DNA of 64,000 bases from an uncultured Verrucomicrobiota bacterium (lineage in GTDB: Bacteria > Verrucomicrobiota > Verrucomicrobiia > Limisphaerales > CAZVRY01): assembly GCA_964629545.1 (NCBI GenBank), contig CAZVRY010000008.1:37-64036 (forward strand), written 5' to 3'. This document shows positions 27,902 through 34,663 of this stretch, piece by piece. The notes under the pieces are model-generated. The model ran no database searches and was not told where the DNA came from. It was given only the letters and a program-made list of their open reading frames with translations. The stretch's first letter is position 1. The number at the start of each line of letters is the position of its first letter. The position numbers were made by a program, and so were the translations under genes.

Positions 27902-28105
27902 ATGAAACCCACCACTGAGATCCAAGCGCTCGAATGGAAGGAAGCCGAGGCGCTGGAGGCGCTGATCAACAAAGCCACCGAAAGCAAGCAGGCCCTGGTC
28001 ATTGATCCCCGCAAGGGCGTGACCGGTAGCATGCCTGGCTCGTTGATCTCCCCCAATCAGAACCTCAATGGCACCACCCGTTTCGGGCGCCATTACGCCG
28101 CCTAA
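27902..28105 (+). CDS. Small 67-aa protein of unknown function between the JAB-E2 and E1 genes
   Basis: ATG at 27902 is the first start after the upstream stop. The product is MKPTTEIQALEWKEAEALEALINKATESKQALVIDPRKGVTGSMPGSLISPNQNLNGTTRFGRHYAA. It has a helical-looking N-terminus and a low-complexity tail. There is no C-terminal Gly-Gly. Confidence 0.35.
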   Translation: MKPTTEIQALEWKEAEALEALINKATESKQALVIDPRKGVTGSMPGSLISPNQNLNGTTRFGRHYAA

Positions 28106-28202
28106 CCGCAGCGGCAGCCGCCACGCACGGTGCCAGTCCGATCCTGACACCGCCCCCAAAAACCAGATTTCAACTCCTCAATCCCTAACCAATCCACTCA
28201 CC

Positions 28203-29072
28203 ATGAATCGCAGGAATTACTACAAACGCGTTCGGGGCCTTTTTCGTCCACACGCCCTTCGCGGCAAGTGGGCTTTGGTCCATGGCTTGGGCTCGGGCGG
28301 ATCCCGCGAAGCCGCTGAGTTCGGCCGACTCGGGCTGAATCTCCTCCTCGCCGACCTCCCCGGCGAGAAACTCGAAGAGCACAACATCCTCAGGCACGAG
28401 CTCGGCTACCGTTCACTCGGCAAACCTAAGACCACCGAACTCGCGGCTCACATCCACAACCTGAATCCGGACATCGAGATCGTCACCACGGAGTGCGACG
28501 TCGTCACCCAGCCTGATTCGTTTGAGGCGGTTCTGGACCGTCGGCCGGTTGACATCGTCCTTTCGTGCACGGACAGCGCGCCCAGTCGTCAAGCCATCAA
28601 CGCTCTCTGTGTCGCCCGCAGCCTCCCCATGGTCGGCGCGGCCGTTTATGACGGCGGGGTGGGCGGCGAAGTCTATCGGATGAGCCCGGGTAAAGCATGC
28701 TACGCCTGCATCAGCGCGGTGATTGGCGATGGCCAAGCCCGCACCGCTCGTCGGCGCCGTATCAACTACGAGAACCCTAACCAGCGGGAGTTGCGATCGA
28801 CAAGCGCCCTCAACCTGGACATCACCCAGATCGCGATCCTCCAGGCCCGGGTGGCCCTCCAAGTCCTTCTCGGCCCCGAGGCACCCATCACTGGCCTTCC
28901 TCCGGAGGTCAACGTCATCCGTTTCGCCAATCGTGGCCATCCCGATGTGCTCCCGCGGCCCTACCATGCAGAGTTCTTCGTGGTCGAACGCAGGCCGGAT
29001 TGCCTGGTCTGCGGCGCCAAGCCTGACAACTTGTCGCCCGAGGATCATGACATCCTGGCGGGCCTGGTCTGA
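28203..29072 (+). CDS. E1-like ThiF/MoeB-family adenylyltransferase
   Basis: Rossmann/ATP motif VHGLGSGGS (nt 28281-28304). VDIVLSCTDSAPSRQAINALC is the typical ThiF core. Two CxxC pairs are present (GKACYACIS and PDCLVCGA). An alternative ATG at 28068 would add a low-complexity extension overlapping the 67-aa gene. Confidence 0.8.
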   Translation: MNRRNYYKRVRGLFRPHALRGKWALVHGLGSGGSREAAEFGRLGLNLLLADLPGEKLEEHNILRHELGYRSLGKPKTTELAAHIHNLNPDIEIVTTECDVVTQPDSFEAVLDRRPVDIVLSCTDSAPSRQAINALCVARSLPMVGAAVYDGGVGGEVYRMSPGKACYACISAVIGDGQARTARRRRINYENPNQRELRSTSALNLDITQIAILQARVALQVLLGPEAPITGLPPEVNVIRFANRGHPDVLPRPYHAEFFVVERRPDCLVCGAKPDNLSPEDHDILAGLV

Positions 29073-29083
29073 TTCCTCTTTCC

Positions 29084-31561
29084 GTGCCCCGCTTCCTCCA
29101 TTCGGTGCTGTCGCACGCGGCGTTCGTCCTGCGGGCACTCGTCCTGGGATTGCTCGACCGGACGCCCGGGCGTTGGCGCTGCCACAGCCTGGTGGCCGGC
29201 CAGCGTGTCACCTTGCAGCAGCGTTTCCTGGCTTCGGCTGACACCGTCGAGATCGAGATGATCACCCCCTGGGCTCCAGGGTGGGCCTGGCTCCAGCCCG
29301 TCCTGCGGGTCCAGGTCCTCGACGACCAGCGACGCCCGCTGCCTGGATCCGCGAGGACCAGCCAGGATTGCGAGAAAGGGAATCTCCGCTTCAAGGCCGA
29401 GCTGCCCGCGGCCGCGGGCGCCTTAGGGCCCCAGTTCACCGCTCAACTCATCAACGCCGAGAGCGCGGGAGTGCTCGCCGAGATCATCTTCACCCGGCTG
29501 GATCGTCAGCAGGTGCTCGACGCCATCCAGGTTCGGTCTTTTCAAGTGCTGGTTCCGGTGGCGGGGCGGACTGTCTCGACCAACCAGCTTCACGACCAAG
29601 TTCAAAGCGCATTCGTCCATACCGAAATCGAACTCCCCGACCAAGAACTGCGCCCCGTCTTGGACCAGGCTCCGCCGCAGCTCCGGCTGCTCTTTCTCGC
29701 CCCCTCCGGCCAGGTTCTCGAGGCGAAGGAAACCACGCTCCGATTCGAGGGAACCGCCACCACGTGGGAGCACGATCTGTCCGCAACTCTTCCCCGCCTT
29801 CGCGGACACGCCGGGGCCTATGAACTTCGCCTGCTTGTCCAGGAAAGGGCGTTGCATTCCGTCCGGCTGGATGTCAGGTCATGGGACGAGGTGCTCGCCG
29901 AGACCACGCGGTTGGTCGAATCCGAATCCCGGGTGACCCTCAGCCGCGCGATTGCGGTCAATCACCGGTCCCAGGCAGAACCCCTCGATGTCGTGACGGA
30001 GGACTATCAGTCCCTGGCCGCCGAAGTCGCCTTGGAAGTTCCCTCAGGTCATCCCCTCATGCCGGAGACTGCGCTCCCCTTGAAACTTGAGGCCCGGGAT
30101 CAGCAAGGACACGTCCTGGCCTCCGTGACCGAGACCCGCTGCGTCCTCCGTCCGGGACCCAACCAGCTCAGTATGCGGCTGCGCGTCCGACCTGAGATAT
30201 TCACAAACGCCACACGCCAGGGGGTCCTCGGGGTCTTTCTCGGGAGCAGGCTCTTGGCTTCCTTCCCGTTCACCCGCCGGACTCGGGCGGAGATTCGAGC
30301 CGCCACCGAGGCGCGGATCCGTGCCAGCCTGGTCATCAATGACTTCCAGGTGGCCGTGCAGCGCGAGGGTGAGGTTGTCGTGACCGAGCCTGCCTTCGCG
30401 ACCGATGAAGGCCTCGTTCCCCAGTTCACCATTACCGGAAACGGCTTCGATGAAGATGTGCCGGAGTTGGTCAGCCCTGTTGATTTCCATTTGCTGAATC
30501 CTCAAACAGGCTTCTCCCTTCGCACCGCCATCCGCCTCCGCTTGCACCCAGGGCTGAATCGCTGCGTCCGCGTGCGCCTGCCGCTGACGAATCAGGGTGC
30601 CCCGATCCCAGGGGGCCACTACCGATTGGGCGTGTTCGTTCAGGAACGCGAGTTGGCGCACGCGAAGATTCGGCTCCTCGCGAGCGAGGAACTAATCGCT
30701 TTCGCGCAGCACCGGGTTCTCGACAGCCTGCGCGCCACTGAAGTTGGTCTTCGCTATGAATGCGGCGGCGAAGTGGTGCGTGGATCCCGAATTCCATTCT
30801 GCGCGAATCGGCTTCTTTGGAGCATGAAATTGGAGGCGGAGGGTTTCAATGGACTTCTGCAGGACTGGAATCTGCCCATCGAAGTGCAGGTTTCCGGTGT
30901 GGCCCGGCGAGCTGTTCCGGTGGCGCAAGGCCAAGTTACCCTCTCCGCCGTAGGGGCGATGGTTGAATTGCCCGTGCTGGTTGGTGGAACCCCTCTGGAA
31001 TCACATTCCGGGGAACTCGAACTCCACCTTTTCGTGTTGGGGCGGCAGATCGCCACCAAGAAGGTTCAAATCCTCTCGGCGGCAGACCTGGCTCAGACCC
31101 TCGAAGTTCCCGAAATCCAAATTAACGCAACGGACGCCGAGGACCGCACCAACCGAAACGTGTCCACCATCTGCGCGAGTCACCACCGACAGCTTCAGAT
31201 TCGCGTGACAATCCGGCCGACGGTGGTCGTGCCAGGCTCGGCCATACCAGTCCGGATCGAACTCAACGCCGCCAGGGCCACCATTCTGAGCGCTGAACAT
31301 CACCTCGCGCTTGGACCAAGCGTTGCATCTTGGTCCTTGAGCCCTGTGAGCGTGCAGGCCATCTGGATCCGGCTGCAGCGGAGCCCACAGACCCTGACCC
31401 TTCGCGTCGTAATCGCAGGAATCGTCCGCGCCAGCCGGGAAATCCAGGTTGAGGCCGAAGCCAAGCTCACCGCCTTTGACGGCTCGCTCCGCCAAGCTCC
31501 AGATGCCCTCGGCGACGTGGAGCAGGAATACGACACCATCCTGGCAGAGATCGGTCGGTAA
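29084..31561 (+). CDS. 825-aa protein built from about 7 degenerate ~110-120-aa beta-sandwich-like repeats; no signal peptide seen
   Basis: GTG start 11 nt after the E1 stop. Each module ends in a similar strand pattern (AYELRLLVQERALHSVRLDVRS; VLGVFLGSRLLASFPF; HYRLGVFVQERELAHAKIRLL; ELELHLFVLGRQIATKKVQIL; TLTLRVVIAGIVRASREIQVE). Confidence 0.5.
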   Translation: MPRFLHSVLSHAAFVLRALVLGLLDRTPGRWRCHSLVAGQRVTLQQRFLASADTVEIEMITPWAPGWAWLQPVLRVQVLDDQRRPLPGSARTSQDCEKGNLRFKAELPAAAGALGPQFTAQLINAESAGVLAEIIFTRLDRQQVLDAIQVRSFQVLVPVAGRTVSTNQLHDQVQSAFVHTEIELPDQELRPVLDQAPPQLRLLFLAPSGQVLEAKETTLRFEGTATTWEHDLSATLPRLRGHAGAYELRLLVQERALHSVRLDVRSWDEVLAETTRLVESESRVTLSRAIAVNHRSQAEPLDVVTEDYQSLAAEVALEVPSGHPLMPETALPLKLEARDQQGHVLASVTETRCVLRPGPNQLSMRLRVRPEIFTNATRQGVLGVFLGSRLLASFPFTRRTRAEIRAATEARIRASLVINDFQVAVQREGEVVVTEPAFATDEGLVPQFTITGNGFDEDVPELVSPVDFHLLNPQTGFSLRTAIRLRLHPGLNRCVRVRLPLTNQGAPIPGGHYRLGVFVQERELAHAKIRLLASEELIAFAQHRVLDSLRATEVGLRYECGGEVVRGSRIPFCANRLLWSMKLEAEGFNGLLQDWNLPIEVQVSGVARRAVPVAQGQVTLSAVGAMVELPVLVGGTPLESHSGELELHLFVLGRQIATKKVQILSAADLAQTLEVPEIQINATDAEDRTNRNVSTICASHHRQLQIRVTIRPTVVVPGSAIPVRIELNAARATILSAEHHLALGPSVASWSLSPVSVQAIWIRLQRSPQTLTLRVVIAGIVRASREIQVEAEAKLTAFDGSLRQAPDALGDVEQEYDTILAEIGR

Positions 31562-31785
31562 GATGAGCAGCTCAGTGATGTTCCTCCTGTCAACCCTTTG
31601 CTGCGCAGCTGCGCAGCCGGGTCTGGACAGCCGCGTTGCTCTGCGTCAGCAATTCCTCATCCCCGTAACTGCAAAAGGTGAGCCCGAAATCGGTGTCTAT
31701 GACCTACTGTCCTCGGATCCGGTAGAACTCGATTCCGTTGGTAAAGGTCAGGCCAAAGCGGGGCACCACGAGATTCGTGGCCGGC

Positions 31786-32262
31786 TCATGCCCGAACCCC
31801 GACGGAATCCGGACGATTCTCCTCTGGTCGGGGCGACCACTGCGGGTTTGGAAGCCGGGCGGCGGATCGGGTTCTCGCAACCAGTGCCTCCGCTAAGCAC
31901 ATCCCAGCAAAGGGAAGCATGTACCCCGGCTCAGGAACGACTGTCTACCGAAATCCCACGCCGTCGAGATAGAGGTTCTGGTTGTGGAGCACGGCGCCGC
32001 CGTCAAGCTGGACTGCGACGGCCGGCTTGTCGATCGCGGTGTCCGCAGTCGGGGAATACGGACGGTTGACGGTGAAGGTGGTGGAGTCGCTGACAAAATA
32101 CTGGTAGTGGACCAGTCCTCCTTGGATGTTACCCACCGGAGTCAATGTATGCCAAGCGTCCGCGGCCAGATCCTGATAATAATCGAAGGGTAGCCATGAC
32201 TTCGTCGCTCCATCCCAGATGCGCCAATTGGGTGGACGCTCTTGGCCGGAGCCATCACACAC
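31786..32262 (-). pseudogene. PEP-CTERM protein remnant with an in-frame TAG between the body and the anchor
   Basis: Track ORF 31945-32262 ends ..NLYLDGVGFR*. Reading through the TAG at 31945-31947 gives TVVPEPGYMLPFAGMCLAEALVARTRS.., which is PEP plus a hydrophobic helix plus an Arg cluster. No signal peptide is present and there is another in-frame TAG just upstream of the ORF. Confidence 0.4.
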
Positions 32263-32688
32263 GTTCTACCATTGCATGGCCCGCTCGTGGCGCTGCGTCC
32301 CTCCCGCCGTCTATTTGTTCATGCTGAACTCCAGGGCCTGAATTCGGTTTTCAGCCGAACCCGATAGAAGCGGGGACCGGGTGCGGATGCGACAGGGACA
32401 ACGCACTTCTCCGTGCCGGCAACCAGGACGAATTCTCCAACTTCGGTCCAGTGCGATCTTACGCCCCGGCTCTCGGAGGCCTCGATGGCGACCATCACCC
32501 ATCACCTGGGGAACGGATGGAGGCAGTCAGGGTGGCAGAACGGCGCGATAGAACACTGCCCTGGCTGTCGGGCTCACTGGAATCGTCAGTTTCTCGGTCC
32601 CAATCACCGGTTTGATCTGGCCGGCCGGCGTCCACACCGCCCCCGCGCCGAGGCTGTCTGACTTCTGGATCTCCACTGTGGGCCCGGG

Positions 32689-33621
32689 GTGCGGCCATTG
32701 CACGGTCTGACCTCCCAGCCCTCCAAATGGGCGTTTTCACGCGATGGCCGACGATTGGCGGTCCTGGTCGACGATTGGCAACTGGGGGTTTGGGACATCG
32801 AGCACGGCCGATTAGAGTGGATGATCGAAGTGCCCGCCGCGATCTCCGCCGACAACGCGGCCTTGGCGTTCAGCGCCGATGGACAACAGCTTGCCGTCGC
32901 CGTATCCCAGGCGGCTCAGCTCTGGGACTTGCAGGCCGGGCGGCTCCTCCGCTCGTGGCCCCTGCCCAAAGGTTTGCAGCAATGGCTCGCCTTCGATCGG
33001 GAGGGGCGACTGCTGCTCTCGCAGTGGGACCTGGCAGGAGACAGGACGACCGCCGTCTGCCGCGTCCGAGACCTTGTTCGTGGCACCAACGTCCTGACCG
33101 AAATCCCGCCATGGGCAGGAACGATGGATGACGGGGCGATGTCTCCGGAAGGGCGTATTGTTGTGATCGCCTACAAACGACCCGGGGCTTCTGGGAGGGA
33201 GGTTTACGCGCTGAAAGCGTACGATTCGATCACGTCCAAACCCGTTCCACTTCCCCCCATCCATGGCAGGACAGGGCATCTCCGATTCGACCCGACCGGA
33301 TCCATTATGGCAAATCGGTTCGATGGCGCCCGTGGAACAGTGCTCTACAGACTGCCGGCGGGTGAGGAGTTGATGCGTATGGACGAGCTCATGTTGTCCA
33401 TCGGCCCGAAGGGAGAGCTCTTTGTTGTCAACGATCAAGTCCTTCGCAAAGTTGGGCAGGCGGGCTGGAGTCTCGACCTCAAACCAACGCCGGAAGGCCT
33501 AGGCAGTGCGTTTAGCTACGACGGCCAACGATTGGCGGTCGGCCTCCCCGACGGCAGCATCCTCGTCTACGACATCCAGGAGACGATCCAGCATTTGGAG
33601 CAACTTCGGATGGGTTGGTGA
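32689..33621 (+). CDS. WD40/beta-propeller repeat protein, orphan and possibly 5'-truncated
   Basis: 310 aa. Repeats include WAFSRDGRRLAVLVDDWQLGVWDIEHG, LAFSADGQQLAVAVSQAAQLWDLQAG and FSYDGQRLAVGLPDGSILVYDI. It has only a GTG start 27 nt after an in-frame stop. Similar repeats occur in the kinase gene 48020-52024. Confidence 0.55.
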   Translation: MRPLHGLTSQPSKWAFSRDGRRLAVLVDDWQLGVWDIEHGRLEWMIEVPAAISADNAALAFSADGQQLAVAVSQAAQLWDLQAGRLLRSWPLPKGLQQWLAFDREGRLLLSQWDLAGDRTTAVCRVRDLVRGTNVLTEIPPWAGTMDDGAMSPEGRIVVIAYKRPGASGREVYALKAYDSITSKPVPLPPIHGRTGHLRFDPTGSIMANRFDGARGTVLYRLPAGEELMRMDELMLSIGPKGELFVVNDQVLRKVGQAGWSLDLKPTPEGLGSAFSYDGQRLAVGLPDGSILVYDIQETIQHLEQLRMGW

Positions 33622-34509
33622 GGGCGCCTTGCCTTTTGGCTGCAAGAAACGCTCCTGCGCCGGCGATTAAGGGGTGTGCCTCCAGTAATTCTCGGGGAGC
33701 CGAATGGGCCGATCTGCCAAGGCCGCGGTGCCTGGCTCGGCGTGGCCTACGGTCATCCGGTGCCTCCAGCCTGGTCAGCGACGATGCCTCTGCCCGAGAG
33801 GAGGCAACGCGTGCTGGTCGATCGCCGCCATAATCCGTTTGCGCGCCTTGACAGGGCACATGGCTATTGAGCTAATGGCACCGTTCGCCATCAGGATCCG
33901 GCCTTAACCACTTCCATCAGCTAATCGGGAACGATCCTCCACCCAAACCTGCTATGAGTATTACCCTCCATGGCCAGCCCACCCCACTAGGAAACGTGGG
34001 TGCAGCAGGAGCAACCGGGAACAACGGTCAAGCACCGGCCGGTGGCTGTGGGGGGCCGCCTTGAGCTGGCCGAGCGGCCGGTGCAAAAGCCCAAGGTCAA
34101 CGACGGTCGACGGTCAGGATGCGATGGCCAAACCAGGAGCCCTGGTGCAGCGGCTAGCGCCTGTCTGCGGTTGGCAACAGGGCGCGGGCTAGGCCGGAGA
34201 GGTGAAAGTTCAGAGCTTCTCGGCCCAAGGTGCCGCGACGGAAATGGCGGGCCGGGGGTCAAGGAGTCTTCTTCTTTGGGCAGGGGTCAGGCCGCAGGGG
34301 CCTTGTCATCGCTGAAACCACACGAAACCGGGTAGAAAATTCGATGTCGCATGAAAGCGAACCCCGCCCAGACCACAGCAAAACCGCCGGAACCGCCCTC
34401 AGTTGACCCGTCACCGTGCGACGTTTCGACGTGGGCTTGCACCGCTTCCGTTCGATCCCGTCCAAGACCGGAATGAAGGCGGCGCTGCTTCCCTTCGTGA
34501 ACATGTAAG

Positions 34510-34537
34510 ACGGGTTCGATTCCCGTACGCGCTACCA
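34510..34537 (+). other. tRNA 3'-end-like fragment (T-arm, acceptor 3' strand and ACCA) with no matching 5' half
   Basis: ACGGG-TTCGATT-CCCGT (T stem-loop) is followed by ACGCGCT, then A, then CCA. The complementary 5' acceptor strand (A/G)GCGCGT is not found within 400 nt upstream, and no D or anticodon arm could be folded. Confidence 0.35.
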
Positions 34538-34663
34538 TTCATATTCAACGAGATGCAAATTTGTGCAGTAGGAGTGCAGTAAAGTAGAGCCTGCTTTCCG
34601 CCTGCATCACCCCCTGACGCTTCATCCTCGGGGGAGCAATATCGAGCCTGCATCCCCCGCCGG

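Noticed and set aside
31563-32069. The + strand ORF starting at ATG 31563 (internal start of track ORF 31449-32069) with a signal-peptide-like start (MSSSVMFLLSTLCCAAAQPG)
   Set aside because: After about 60 residues it becomes Arg/Gly-rich and low-complexity. It overlaps minus-strand fragments that carry recognisable PEP-CTERM and FYR-tail motifs. I left it unresolved and did not call it.
31786-32505. Three in-frame TAG codons in one minus-strand frame (32308-32310, 32266-32268, 31945-31947), considered as possible stop-codon recoding (e.g. pyrrolysine or read-through)
   Set aside because: The flanking segments are fragments without start codons or signal peptides. One segment (32311-32505) is not protein-like. 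No recoding machinery genes are visible. Pseudogenisation is the simpler explanation.
34150-34537. Possible tmRNA, or a complete tRNA ending at 34537
   Set aside because: The acceptor 3' strand ACGCGCT has no complementary 5' strand within 400 nt. Position 70 is G, so no G3:U70 alanine identity is possible, which argues against tmRNA. No anticodon or D arm could be folded, and no tag-like reading frame ending in ..AA-stop was found. I kept it only as a tRNA 3' fragment.
15326-34660. Calling the whole accessory block an integrative/conjugative element or prophage
   Set aside because: No integrase, recombinase, transposase, relaxase, T4SS, capsid or terminase-like ORF was recognised. Only indirect boundary hints exist: the decayed genes at 31.6-32.7 kb and the tRNA-like fragment at 34.5 kb.
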